Source of the DNA: a virus
Lineage: Duplodnaviria; Caudoviricetes
IMG/VR virus record: IMGVR_UViG_3300020460_000022
Location: 1 to 50,812 of that record
Length of the DNA stretch: 50,812 nucleotides
Reading direction: 5' to 3' (one strand)
Shown: positions 8,918 through 18,352 of the stretch, piece by piece
How positions within the stretch are numbered: position 1 is the stretch's first letter
How the letters are laid out: each line of letters opens with the position of its first letter
The notes under the pieces: generated by a model
Database searches by the model: none
Seen by the model: only the letters and a program-made list of their open reading frames with translations
Told to the model about the DNA's origin: nothing
Made by a program: the position numbers and the translations under genes

Positions 8918-9399
8918 TTACTTCTTATTATGATGACATCAAGATATTCAAAGAATATTGGTTACCACTAATCTACAAACATGGACCGATGGAATTTATT
9001 GTCGTAGATAATAATTCTCAAAAGTATAAAGTACAAACTGTTAGCCAGGATGCGCCAAATCTAAAACTATTCTATCTAACTACCGGGAAGTATACTTATG
9101 ATGAAGCTATAGTAAAAGGTGTGGAACAGGCCTCTAACAATATAGTCTTTATAACAGACATTTGGTCTATACCTGCCTATGATACGATGGTCCTGTTAGA
9201 AGATGTTAAGCCGGGTGAAATACTGAAGCCTAGGTGGCTAAATAAATATTATGGTAGTGAAAATAAACCTACATCATTCGCAGGTGAAAAAAATAAAATA
9301 GTAGATATCTCTGGTTATAATTACGACCGATTAGGAAAATACATACAAAAATTTAATCCTGTTATAAAATCAAGAGGAACACTGTACTATATACAATAA
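8905..9399 (+). CDS. GT2-like glycosyltransferase (short)
   Basis: VTIVTSYY, EFIVVDNNS, GVEQASNNIVFITDI. Confidence 0.5.
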   Translation: MVTIVTSYYDDIKIFKEYWLPLIYKHGPMEFIVVDNNSQKYKVQTVSQDAPNLKLFYLTTGKYTYDEAIVKGVEQASNNIVFITDIWSIPAYDTMVLLEDVKPGEILKPRWLNKYYGSENKPTSFAGEKNKIVDISGYNYDRLGKYIQKFNPVIKSRGTLYYIQ

Positions 9400-9414
9400 G
9401 AGGCTTTTAGGAAA

Positions 9415-10086
9415 ATGAAAAATATAATATTACAGCACTTTACTGGAGAACTCAGAGAATTAGATAAACTGTCAGTAGATAACATAAAAGAATATGCTAA
9501 GCGTGTCCAGTCGGACTATAAACTAATACTAGGACAAGTTTTTAGAAAACATCTAACATCTCCATGTCAGAAAGTATTTTTGCTAGATGAATCTTTCGAT
9601 GAATATGATAACGTATTGATGCTTGACATTGACATGTTTGCGCCTAAGAATATGAATGACAATGTATTTGAAGAAGACGGTATTGGTTTATATGAAGATG
9701 TACAGAAAAGATTACACGCAAGGCTAGCATCAGAATACCCTATGATAGCAAGTAAAGATTCTCACTATTGGGGTGGAGCTATATACAAAATGGACTTACC
9801 GACAAGACAGAGATTAAGAAAGGAACTAGGTGGTAACGAAGGATGGATGAATAACTATAATGTTCCTTATCATTATGAAGATGAAGGTATATTCCATACA
9901 TTAGTTTTTAGATCCGGATTTAAGTCTAAGACACCGTACTTACATCGAAGGTGGTGCCAGTGCAGTTTCTTACCTGAACCAGAGAAAGCTGGATTTATAC
10001 ACATAAGAACTAAAGTCACTCCTACAGGCCCTAAAAGAGAAAAAATGCGTAATTATGAAGAATTAGTCCAGGGTGGAATATTATAG
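9415..10086 (+). CDS. Putative GT-A glycosyltransferase (paralog 2)
   Basis: MKNIILQ, YDNVLMLDIDM (DxD), WGGAIY, EDEGIFH, FIHIR. Confidence 0.65.
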   Translation: MKNIILQHFTGELRELDKLSVDNIKEYAKRVQSDYKLILGQVFRKHLTSPCQKVFLLDESFDEYDNVLMLDIDMFAPKNMNDNVFEEDGIGLYEDVQKRLHARLASEYPMIASKDSHYWGGAIYKMDLPTRQRLRKELGGNEGWMNNYNVPYHYEDEGIFHTLVFRSGFKSKTPYLHRRWCQCSFLPEPEKAGFIHIRTKVTPTGPKREKMRNYEELVQGGIL

Positions 10087-10182
10087 AAACTGAAGAAGAA
10101 ATACAAGCAAAGTGCCCTAGAAAATATCATTACCCAGATGAAAAATGTTTATGGTGTGAAACTTACAAAGAAAGAGCAAGAA

Positions 10183-10998
10183 ATGAAGAATCTAATATAT
10201 CAGGTGTGGGCAGGGAATCTGACAGAAGAATGTAGAGTAAGTAGCAAGTTGATGAAACGATACGCAGATCGTATTGGAGCTGAATATCTTCTACATATGA
10301 ATCCTAACATAGCCTCTAAGTTAGTTGACGGTAACGGTCCGTATTGGGAATGGCTCAACCCTATTATCGATGATTCTTTTTTAGAATATGATAATGTACT
10401 GGTAGTAGATTTAGATGTATTTCCTGTAGAAGGTTTAGAAGAAAATATTTTTGATCAGGATATAAAAGATGTAGGTGTCTGTACAGAACCAATTCAAGGT
10501 AAATTGAGATCCTCTGTTACGATTGCAAATCATATTAATAAGACGAATGATGAGAAATGGGTTAAACACATCAATGCAAATTGGGATGGTAATCCTTTTA
10601 TATTTCCTAGAGACGGTGATGGACATTTGAAAATATATAATGCCGGCGTGGTATTATTTTCAAATAAAGGTATGAAGAGAGCTAGGACATGGACACCCTT
10701 TCAAAATTATATAGATATTATGAAGAAGGCAAACCTAGGAAGATTTTATACGGTAGACCAAAATTACTTTCACGCTATGTTATTCATACACAATATGGAT
10801 TTCGTAGAGATGGATAACGGATGGAATGAACAGGTACATTTTATTCGTGGTCCGATGTCAATAGCGAATCCAATACATGATCCTAGAAATGAAAATACGA
10901 AATTAGTACATGTTCAGCTCAGTGGAATACAATGGAACGAAAAAGATTTATATACTGTAGTTAATGAACCTCAATCAAAGTGGAGTTTTATAAAATGA
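10183..10998 (+). CDS. Putative GT-A glycosyltransferase (paralog 3, GT8-like)
   Basis: Start moved to MKNLIYQ by homology with the paralogs; YDNVLVVDLDV, YNAGVVLF, DQNYFH, WNEQ, LVHVQ. Confidence 0.7.
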   Translation: MKNLIYQVWAGNLTEECRVSSKLMKRYADRIGAEYLLHMNPNIASKLVDGNGPYWEWLNPIIDDSFLEYDNVLVVDLDVFPVEGLEENIFDQDIKDVGVCTEPIQGKLRSSVTIANHINKTNDEKWVKHINANWDGNPFIFPRDGDGHLKIYNAGVVLFSNKGMKRARTWTPFQNYIDIMKKANLGRFYTVDQNYFHAMLFIHNMDFVEMDNGWNEQVHFIRGPMSIANPIHDPRNENTKLVHVQLSGIQWNEKDLYTVVNEPQSKWSFIK

Positions 10999-11558
10999 TA
11001 AATGCAGAATTAGGTCACGTAAAGACATTAGAAGAATTCTATTCTGAAATACGTAGACAACAAGAAGAAGCACACGGTGATGATTACTGTGAACAGCATG
11101 ATGCTATAAAGAAATACATGAAATACTGTGATTCATATAAGGAACTCGGTACACATCAAGGTGGTACTGCTGCATGTGCAATGTTATGTAAACCGAAAAT
11201 AGTAGAATTAGTTGATAAAGATTTAAGTAAATATAATAGATTTTTAAGACCGATAGCAGAAAGATACTGCATTGAAAATAATATTAAGTTATCAGTTAAG
11301 TTGGCAGATTCAACTGGATTCGCATCTTTAGGTGAAACTGTAGATATGTTATTAATAGATTCTTATCATCGATGGTTTCACATGGAAAAGGAATTAGAAA
11401 TGCATCATCACAGCGTAAGAAAATATATGATATTCCATGACACGAATTCTGTCGCTGAATTACAGAGAGGTGTAGAATATTTTTGTCATGATAAGAAATG
11501 GGAAATCATAGAAAGAGGTACTACTAACGTAGGTTATACCGTCATCAGAAAGATATAG
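10995..11558 (+). CDS. SAM-dependent methyltransferase (Methyltransf_24-like)
   Basis: ELGTHQGGT, VDMLLIDSYH, MIFHDT; ATGA-coupled start at 10995. Confidence 0.7.
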   Translation: MINAELGHVKTLEEFYSEIRRQQEEAHGDDYCEQHDAIKKYMKYCDSYKELGTHQGGTAACAMLCKPKIVELVDKDLSKYNRFLRPIAERYCIENNIKLSVKLADSTGFASLGETVDMLLIDSYHRWFHMEKELEMHHHSVRKYMIFHDTNSVAELQRGVEYFCHDKKWEIIERGTTNVGYTVIRKI

Positions 11559-11566
11559 GTAATAAT

Positions 11567-12133
11567 ATGGAAGTTTATAAATTTAAAAGTTACGAAGATT
11601 ATATTGCAATGCAGAAAAGAGTTAACGCTGAAAAAGTCGGTTGGGTATATGTTAAAAAATCTACTATTAAGCAGATAGCAGAAGACAGTCCTTATGCTGT
11701 TAATATTTTATGCCATGGAACTCGTGCAGCAGGAGAACAAAAATACTTTAGAGAATTCCTGCCTCAAAGCTCTCCACTTGGAACTGAGATAGGCGAAAAC
11801 GCTTTAGATTATCCTATGACTGTGCAACATGATTTTAATAAACCTATAGCAGATTGGGTAGGTAAATTCGACATTGTCTATTCCAATTCTATTGATCATA
11901 GTATAGATCCGCATGAAACGATTCGTGTATGGAAAGATCAATTATCAGAAAATGGAAAAATGTACATAGAATACTCAGAGCAGCAAAGTGTACCAAACTA
12001 TCCACAAGATCCTTTACATGCCAGTGCAGCAGAGATAAAACAATTATTACAAGAACAAGGTTTAGTTATAGTAGGTGAGATTACAAAAGATGTTAAGGCT
12101 GGAGGTATAGTCTTTATTTGTAAAAAGAAGTGA
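11567..12133 (+). CDS. Putative SAM-dependent methyltransferase
   Basis: ILCHGTR, LGTEIG, HDFN, FDIVYSNSIDH, LSENGKMYIE. Confidence 0.65.
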   Translation: MEVYKFKSYEDYIAMQKRVNAEKVGWVYVKKSTIKQIAEDSPYAVNILCHGTRAAGEQKYFREFLPQSSPLGTEIGENALDYPMTVQHDFNKPIADWVGKFDIVYSNSIDHSIDPHETIRVWKDQLSENGKMYIEYSEQQSVPNYPQDPLHASAAEIKQLLQEQGLVIVGEITKDVKAGGIVFICKKK

Positions 12134-12828
12134 TGATAGCACATGTAATTACAATAATCGATAATCAGAGATCTTTTCTTGGAGCAGCGAATCTTATAAG
12201 ATCCTCTAAAATTGTAGGTAATATATTTGATATACAGCACTTCAATGCCGTAACACCTCTTACAGTTTCTAGAGTCATGACAAAAGAAAGGGTAGAATGG
12301 AACTATCCATGGGAAGGTTCTCTACTGGATATTAAGAGCGGATTGCTGAAATCCGCATATCAGACTAACGATCCTCTTAAGAGGATGTCATGCGCTATGA
12401 GTCACTACTATCTTTGGAAAGAGTGTTATCAATCCAAACTACCTTATCTTATTTTAGAACATGATTCTATTTTCATTAAGAGATTAGACTATGATTATAT
12501 CTTAGATTCTGACTATGATATTGTAGGAATCAATGATCCAAGAAGAGCTACTAGAAGATCCGGTGAATATTACAAATGGATTCAAGAAAGACCAGAAGAT
12601 GTGCAGCCAATACCTACAGTAGATGATTACAACGTACCTCAAGGATTGGCGGGTAATTCTGCATATATAATAAAACCGGAAGGCGCTAAGAAAATGCTAG
12701 ATGCCGTTAAAGAATATGGTATGTGGCCAAATGATGCGCTGATGTGCAAACAACTTATTAAGAAAATGGGAGTTACAAAAGAACTGTATACTCGAGTTCA
12801 AGGACTACCTTCTTCAACAACATTATAG
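12130..12828 (+). CDS. Glycosyltransferase family 25
   Basis: SCAMSHYYLWKEC, LILEHD, GNSAYIIKPEGAKK, WPND. Confidence 0.8.
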   Translation: MMIAHVITIIDNQRSFLGAANLIRSSKIVGNIFDIQHFNAVTPLTVSRVMTKERVEWNYPWEGSLLDIKSGLLKSAYQTNDPLKRMSCAMSHYYLWKECYQSKLPYLILEHDSIFIKRLDYDYILDSDYDIVGINDPRRATRRSGEYYKWIQERPEDVQPIPTVDDYNVPQGLAGNSAYIIKPEGAKKMLDAVKEYGMWPNDALMCKQLIKKMGVTKELYTRVQGLPSSTTL

Positions 12829-12858
12829 GTTTACTTTACAATTATTTTGTGATATAAT
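12829..12858 (+). promoter_or_regulatory. T4-early-type promoter inside the glycan island
   Basis: GTTTACT, 17-nt spacer ending TGTGA, TATAAT. Confidence 0.7.
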
Positions 12859-12864
12859 ATAAAA

Positions 12865-13515
12865 ATGCTAGCATCATACGTAATTACAATACAATCTAAA
12901 CAGGAATCTGTAGATATAGCCAATAGATGTATATCTTCTGCAGCGAAGTTCGGTGTTAAGGTAGAACAATTTAAAGCTTATACGCCAGAAGATAATCCGA
13001 ATAGTATATTAGTTCAAAAGGGAGTCGATACAAGAGGATTCGACGAGGTATATTCAAGAGGACAAAACTGTAGAGCCGCCTTCTTATCACACTTTAGCCT
13101 TTGGGAAAGGTGTGTCAGCGATAATCATAAGTACTTAATATTTGAACACGATGCATTAGTAGAAGATAATATACCCACTACGGCTCCTTTCAATAAAGTC
13201 ATGACAATAGGAAAACCTTCTTACGGTAAATTTAACACGCCGAGTTCTTTTGGAATCAATCCTCTAATACATAAGAGATATTTTGGTGGTGCACACGCCT
13301 ATATGATAACTCCTTCGGGTGCACGCGACCTCATACGTACAGCAACAGAAGGTAAGGCGAAACCAACAGATGTTTACTTAAATCTAGATTTATTTCCATG
13401 GCTACAAGAATATTATCCGTGGCCGGTAAGAGCAGATGATAATTTCTCTACTATACAAAATAAAAATGGTATTATAGCAAAACACAACTATAGTGAAGGA
13501 TATAAATTGATATGA
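12865..13515 (+). CDS. Glycosyltransferase family 25
   Basis: AAFLSHFSLWERC, LIFEHDA, GAHAYMITPSGA, PTD. Confidence 0.8.
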   Translation: MLASYVITIQSKQESVDIANRCISSAAKFGVKVEQFKAYTPEDNPNSILVQKGVDTRGFDEVYSRGQNCRAAFLSHFSLWERCVSDNHKYLIFEHDALVEDNIPTTAPFNKVMTIGKPSYGKFNTPSSFGINPLIHKRYFGGAHAYMITPSGARDLIRTATEGKAKPTDVYLNLDLFPWLQEYYPWPVRADDNFSTIQNKNGIIAKHNYSEGYKLI

Positions 13516-14210
13516 CAGAATGGGGTTTCGATAAATGTTTTATTACTGGGTGTGATGAAAAGAGTGAATGGCAAATCAAATGGTTCATAGAAAATTTTCA
13601 AAGACACAACCATAAAAAAATACCAATAGTATTTGCCAATTTTGGCGTATCGAAAGAAATGGATAAGTATATTCGAGGAAGTGGAAAATTTCAAGGTGTT
13701 ATGGATGTCAGTCATAAGGAAGAGAAAGGATGGTTCTTAAAACCATACAGTATGCTAAATACGCCAGGAAAGAATACTTTTTGGATTGATACTGATTGTG
13801 AAGTACTAGATGATATATCAGGTCTGTTCGATAGATTAGTGCTAGAAAAACTATGTATGGCAGAAGATAAACCCTGGACTAAACGTTCAGGAAATCTATG
13901 GTATAATTCAGGTGTAGTAGGATTTAAATTTAAACCGTTAGTACTATACAACTGGGTTAAGGCAGTAAAAGAAAATGCTTCTCGTGGAGATCAAGAAACA
14001 TTACATATTATGTTGAAAGATGATTTAACACGTAGAATCTTCATAGAAGAAATACCAAATGAATATAACTGGCTAAGAGTTCAAGTCACAAATGATAATC
14101 AAGATAGCAATAAGAAGAAGATAATGCACTGGACCGGTCAAAAAGGAAAACTAATAATTAAGGAGAAAATAAAAAATGGCGTATCTAATCCACAACTTGC
14201 CGTTGGTTAA
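13512..14210 (+). CDS. GT8-like glycosyltransferase
   Basis: WFLKP, WIDTDCEV (DxD), YNSGVV, GDQETL, YNWL, IMHWTG. Confidence 0.75.
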   Translation: MTEWGFDKCFITGCDEKSEWQIKWFIENFQRHNHKKIPIVFANFGVSKEMDKYIRGSGKFQGVMDVSHKEEKGWFLKPYSMLNTPGKNTFWIDTDCEVLDDISGLFDRLVLEKLCMAEDKPWTKRSGNLWYNSGVVGFKFKPLVLYNWVKAVKENASRGDQETLHIMLKDDLTRRIFIEEIPNEYNWLRVQVTNDNQDSNKKKIMHWTGQKGKLIIKEKIKNGVSNPQLAVG

Positions 14211-14832
14211 TGTCTATGTCAGAAAAGAATATCTTTATGATTTACAGAAAGGTCACGGTGAATATACTCCAGGGATATGGGTTAGTGTTAAATCTGTACA
14301 ATATAAAGCTCTATACTTTGAAACTTTATTAACTGAGTACGGTGCGCTGTTTGATAAACTCCCGTTGTCAGCATTTGTCTGGAAAACAGAAGGTCATGGC
14401 GACTTGCCTCTAGATACCCTTCAACTATGGGATTGCTTTGATTATAATTTAACCGTGATAGAAAAACCGATGTTAGGTCCGTGTGAATTCTTCGGAAAAG
14501 ATAGAAAGATGCATAAGGGTGAATACTTATTCACCATAGATAACTGTCATTCTGAAAGCTCTACATTAGACACTAACTATTCAGAACATGACCCTGAACA
14601 TAAATCATTTAATATATTACAACTAGATAATGGTCAGTTTGCTGCCCAACCTAACAATAGAATAATATTTAGAGACTCGAGCTTAACGCCGAGTGACTTG
14701 AAAATGCCGGATTTCAAAGTATGTACTCAGAACTATAGAGTTGAGACTGAACCTAAGTGGAGCGTAGGACATACAGACGAATGGCAGTATAAGACTAAAG
14801 AAGAGGAGAATGAAATTGACAGAACAAATTAA
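14176..14832 (+). CDS. Conserved hypothetical protein
   Basis: VRKEYLYD, LQLWDCF, YLFTID, EHKS, GQFAAQPNNR motifs I recognise from marine phages; function unknown. Confidence 0.65.
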   Translation: MAYLIHNLPLVNVYVRKEYLYDLQKGHGEYTPGIWVSVKSVQYKALYFETLLTEYGALFDKLPLSAFVWKTEGHGDLPLDTLQLWDCFDYNLTVIEKPMLGPCEFFGKDRKMHKGEYLFTIDNCHSESSTLDTNYSEHDPEHKSFNILQLDNGQFAAQPNNRIIFRDSSLTPSDLKMPDFKVCTQNYRVETEPKWSVGHTDEWQYKTKEEENEIDRTN

Positions 14833-15559
14833 AGATTGGCCACCTATATACCAAATCGAAAAACATTTCGGACCTTCGATCTGTCATATACAATTGCCAG
14901 AGAGAGCAGTTAAAAACCTTACGAAAATGACAGATGATCTACTTAAAAACCCAAATACAGCAGATCATGGAAAACATCTAGTCAGCCTCATTCATAATGA
15001 AAAATATATATATCAGCAAGATTTTATTGATGCTGGAGTTAATGATTTGTTAGAAAGTTGCGTCAGAACTTTCGTTGAACAACATGCAAAAAGATCTGGT
15101 ATGTCAGAAGATTTTAAGATTGATACAAGGATTAATGCTGCATGGATCGTATCTCAAAAAGAAAATGAATATAACCCTATACACGCACATTCTCGTAGTG
15201 AGATAAGTGGAGTTATATACATCAAAACTCCAGATGTAAAAGGCAGAAGAAAGATAAAATCAAAAGAAGGCCATAGGGAAAATGATGGAGATATTCTATT
15301 TCCCTATTCCTCAACAGACAGAGAGGAAGATATACTATCAAATGGCGTAGTACAGATAAAACCTGAAAAAGGCCTGATGTTATTATTTCCATCATGGTTG
15401 TTACATACGGTCTATCCTTTTGTAGGTAAGGGAGAAAGAAGAAGTATTTCTTTCAATGCAAATTATGTAATTTATACATCTGATCATCGGTGGGTTGGTG
15501 GTAGCAGTGAAGGATTAAATAGTAAATTTCAGTACTGGGATAAAACGAAGAATGGGTAG
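14810..15559 (+). CDS. Putative 2OG-Fe(II) oxygenase (TIGR02466-like)
   Basis: AW...EYNPIHAH..ISGVIY, LLFPSWLLHTVYP, RRSISFN. Confidence 0.8.
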   Translation: MKLTEQIKDWPPIYQIEKHFGPSICHIQLPERAVKNLTKMTDDLLKNPNTADHGKHLVSLIHNEKYIYQQDFIDAGVNDLLESCVRTFVEQHAKRSGMSEDFKIDTRINAAWIVSQKENEYNPIHAHSRSEISGVIYIKTPDVKGRRKIKSKEGHRENDGDILFPYSSTDREEDILSNGVVQIKPEKGLMLLFPSWLLHTVYPFVGKGERRSISFNANYVIYTSDHRWVGGSSEGLNSKFQYWDKTKNG

Positions 15560-16175
15560 AACTATACACGTAATTGGAAACGGTGATATGGCACCGCTTT
15601 ATCATTTGAAAAAAAGAGAAGGCATGAAAGTAACTTGTAATCTTCCACCTTTTCCTGTACCAGATGCCTGGTGTACGTTTATGGTAGATTTTAAAATTAT
15701 GCATGCAATAACTCAACAACAGTTAGATGTCCCTGGTGAATGGATAATTGGTATGAGACCAAAAATATGGATGGATAAAAATCCTACATTCTATATTAAA
15801 AGAGCGCATCAAATAAAAGAAATATATACGGAACTACCAAAGTATGCAGCAAATTATACAGATTTTAACTGTGGTCATATGGCAGTATATTACTGCTTGA
15901 GAAAATTAAATGCATCTGATGTACATCTCTATGGATTCGATTCAGTATTTGATTTTAATTTACGCAGTTGTTCTGACCTATACCTATCTTCTTCAAGAGA
16001 TCCGATACATTCGAATAAGTTAAAAGATAATTGGAGACCTTTGTGGTACGAAATGTTTAAAGAATATAGAGATGTAAATTTCACATTTTATCATAACCAT
16101 TCAAATATTAAAATGAAACCTCTTCCTAATGTTAAAATCGAAGTTGGAGATCCTAAGAAAGTTAAAATGGATTAA
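15552..16175 (+). CDS. Putative GT29/DUF115-like Rossmann-fold sugar transferase
   Basis: IHVIGNG, TCN, NCGHMAV, VHLYGFDS. Confidence 0.45.
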   Translation: MGRTIHVIGNGDMAPLYHLKKREGMKVTCNLPPFPVPDAWCTFMVDFKIMHAITQQQLDVPGEWIIGMRPKIWMDKNPTFYIKRAHQIKEIYTELPKYAANYTDFNCGHMAVYYCLRKLNASDVHLYGFDSVFDFNLRSCSDLYLSSSRDPIHSNKLKDNWRPLWYEMFKEYRDVNFTFYHNHSNIKMKPLPNVKIEVGDPKKVKMD

Positions 16176-16178
16176 GGG

Positions 16179-16208
16179 GTTTACATTGCTTTAAATCTGT
16201 GGTATAAT
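16179..16208 (+). promoter_or_regulatory. T4-early-type promoter
   Basis: GTTTACA, 17-nt spacer ending TGTGG, TATAAT. Confidence 0.8.
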
Positions 16209-16213
16209 GAATT

Positions 16214-16639
16214 ATGTTATATGTATCTGCACATGGATCTAATAAAGTAAGAAGAAGGTTTACTGAAGCTATCACCTGGTGGTTTATAGATAAACAGCTT
16301 CCTAGGTATAGAAATCTTAATATATCGATTGATATTTCTAAGGTGGATGATGCACAGGGAACCTGCATATATGATGGTGAAGTATTTCATATTGAGGTAG
16401 ACAGATCGTTAAAAGGTAAAGACTTTATCGAGTGCTTACTTCATGAACTGGTTCACGTAGAACAACATCTTAAAAATCTCTATGAAATTAATGAAGAACA
16501 TCAGCATATACCTTACACTGACAGAGCTTTCGAGCAAGATGCATATACGAGATCTGAATTACTATGTGAAGAATATATAAATAAGGAATGGACGGACTAT
16601 GCAAGAAGATCAACAAAGATACGGGACTTGGTTGCGTGA
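16214..16639 (+). CDS. Zincin-like metallopeptidase
   Basis: LLHELVHVEQH (HExxH) and downstream FEQDAY. Confidence 0.7.
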   Translation: MLYVSAHGSNKVRRRFTEAITWWFIDKQLPRYRNLNISIDISKVDDAQGTCIYDGEVFHIEVDRSLKGKDFIECLLHELVHVEQHLKNLYEINEEHQHIPYTDRAFEQDAYTRSELLCEEYINKEWTDYARRSTKIRDLVA

Positions 16640-16958
16640 CCAACTAAGAAAATCTTCTACAATGGAAGATCATGAAATAATTACAAGCACTCGAGATCCG
16701 GATGATTGGAATAATCATGAAAATTCTTTTGAAGAAACTTTACGACGTGAAATGCTAAAGTATAAACAACTATATCATATGATACAAGAGGATATGACTC
16801 AACTATCAGAAGCGCATAATAAATCCTTAGAAAGAATCAAAGAATTACTAGATATAAATGAAACATTAAGAGCCAGACTGGATAAAGATGATAAGCTTAT
16901 TAGGTCTTTTCAAGATTCATCAATCGTTGATATGTCAAAGATGTCAATAAAGGAGTAA
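16599..16958 (+). CDS. Hypothetical coiled-coil protein
   Basis: 119 aa; TATAAATA at 16576-16583 upstream. Confidence 0.55.
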   Translation: MQEDQQRYGTWLRDQLRKSSTMEDHEIITSTRDPDDWNNHENSFEETLRREMLKYKQLYHMIQEDMTQLSEAHNKSLERIKELLDINETLRARLDKDDKLIRSFQDSSIVDMSKMSIKE

Positions 16959-16963
16959 AACGA

Positions 16964-17323
16964 ATGAACTATATGTTAAATATGTGGGATGTAGTAATGA
17001 ACAACAAACATAATCCACTATCACAGATACCAGATTTTGAAACACGTCACATGGTATTTCAATTACTCGCCTGGATGTGGTGTATTATATTCTCTATGTA
17101 CTTCGGTTCAATGTATATATTTGGAACTACTGCAATACTTCATACTCTGATCATTGCTGGTATAGCTATGACATTTGCTATATTTAGAACTGCAGAAAAG
17201 AATCCACAGTTCTTCATGAAGAAAGACGGTTATCACAGTTTCTCTCGTGCAAGACAGCACATGTGGATTAACGGTAAGAAAGTTCAATTAGATCCTAGTG
17301 ATCCCGGCGGTGAACACGAGTAA
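16964..17323 (+). CDS. Hypothetical membrane protein
   Basis: Two hydrophobic helices (QLLAWMWCIIFS...), C-terminal DPGGEHE; RBS AAGGAG. Confidence 0.65.
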   Translation: MNYMLNMWDVVMNNKHNPLSQIPDFETRHMVFQLLAWMWCIIFSMYFGSMYIFGTTAILHTLIIAGIAMTFAIFRTAEKNPQFFMKKDGYHSFSRARQHMWINGKKVQLDPSDPGGEHE

Positions 17324-17565
17324 TGGAGAAGATAACTAAAGAAAATACTCCTAACAAATACGTAAGGTGGTTATGTTATGTACTACTGTTTAAATACGTA
17401 TGGGACATACAGACTTTATTTGAAAAGTATTTACCTATGGAAAAGATCTATAGGTTTATTGGTTTCTATATATTTTGGTTAGTGTGGTTTATTTTGTTTT
17501 TAGTTATTCTCTACAACATAGTAGGAGCAGACAACTTTGGTGCAATATTGGATGAAATGGCATGA
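17323..17565 (+). CDS. Hypothetical membrane protein
   Basis: 80 aa, long hydrophobic stretch; TAATG coupling. Confidence 0.55.
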   Translation: MEKITKENTPNKYVRWLCYVLLFKYVWDIQTLFEKYLPMEKIYRFIGFYIFWLVWFILFLVILYNIVGADNFGAILDEMA

Positions 17566-17879
17566 TACAGATAACTGAATCAGCACAGCAGTACTTAACC
17601 GATGTTCTTAATGATAAGAATAATGATGACTATGTCACTCTAGGCGTTAAAGGTGGAGGTTGTTCTGGTTTCCAATACATCTGGGATTTTAAAAAGAATT
17701 GGCCAAATGTAAACTGGAGTGATCCTATTGAAGGAGTCCTCGTCCTTGATCCTATGGCTGAAATGTATGTCGCTGGTTGTACTGTCGACTACGTTAAAGA
17801 ACTTGGTGGATCATACCTTAAGGTAGTCAATCCAAATGCATCTGCTTCCTGTGGATGTGGCGAGTCTTTCGCAGTGTGA
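17562..17879 (+). CDS. iscA: A-type Fe-S cluster carrier (IscA/HesB/SufA family)
   Basis: ITESA, GVKGGGCSGFQY, NPNASASCGCGESF. Confidence 0.9.
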   Translation: MIQITESAQQYLTDVLNDKNNDDYVTLGVKGGGCSGFQYIWDFKKNWPNVNWSDPIEGVLVLDPMAEMYVAGCTVDYVKELGGSYLKVVNPNASASCGCGESFAV

Positions 17880-17992
17880 TATAATTGTCACAGCAGCTAA
17901 CTTTTTTTCTCTCAAATGAATTTTTTTATGTACATTACTTTTAAAGTGTGATACACTGAATATATAAGTAATTAATTTTTTAGGAGTAGAAA
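17875..17992 (+). promoter_or_regulatory. Promoter cassette copy 2
   Basis: TGTGATATAATTGTCACA (17875-17892); TGTACA 17929-17934, 17 nt, TACACT 17952-17957; leader AATATATAAGTAATTAATTTTTTAGGAGTAGAAA. Confidence 0.75.
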
Positions 17993-18352
17993 ATGGAAAA
18001 ACAAATGGACTTATTCGAAGTAAACTGGGGCGTTAGAGCTGATCTTAAAGATGTTCAGGAAAAACTATGGGATCTTATACCTACTTCTGGTAGCTGTGAA
18101 TCTCCACGTTCAAAGAACAAGCATCTTGACAAATTCAGAAGAGCTGCTAACCTAGCATATGATCTATTCAATAACGGTCTTATGAATCGTAGAGGTGATT
18201 TCAAAAAATTCTTCGGCTTTGTTCCAATACCTACAAGGGAGCCATACCCAGGATATATGAACCGCGAAAAGTGGGAAGAAGTAGAACTTCGTATGGAAAA
18301 GGTAATAACACCATTAATATTAGCAGCAGCTAAAGAACAGGGAGTAAAATAA
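17993..18352 (+). CDS. Hypothetical protein
   Basis: First gene after cassette; YDLFNNGL motif. Confidence 0.7.
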   Translation: MEKQMDLFEVNWGVRADLKDVQEKLWDLIPTSGSCESPRSKNKHLDKFRRAANLAYDLFNNGLMNRRGDFKKFFGFVPIPTREPYPGYMNREKWEEVELRMEKVITPLILAAAKEQGVK

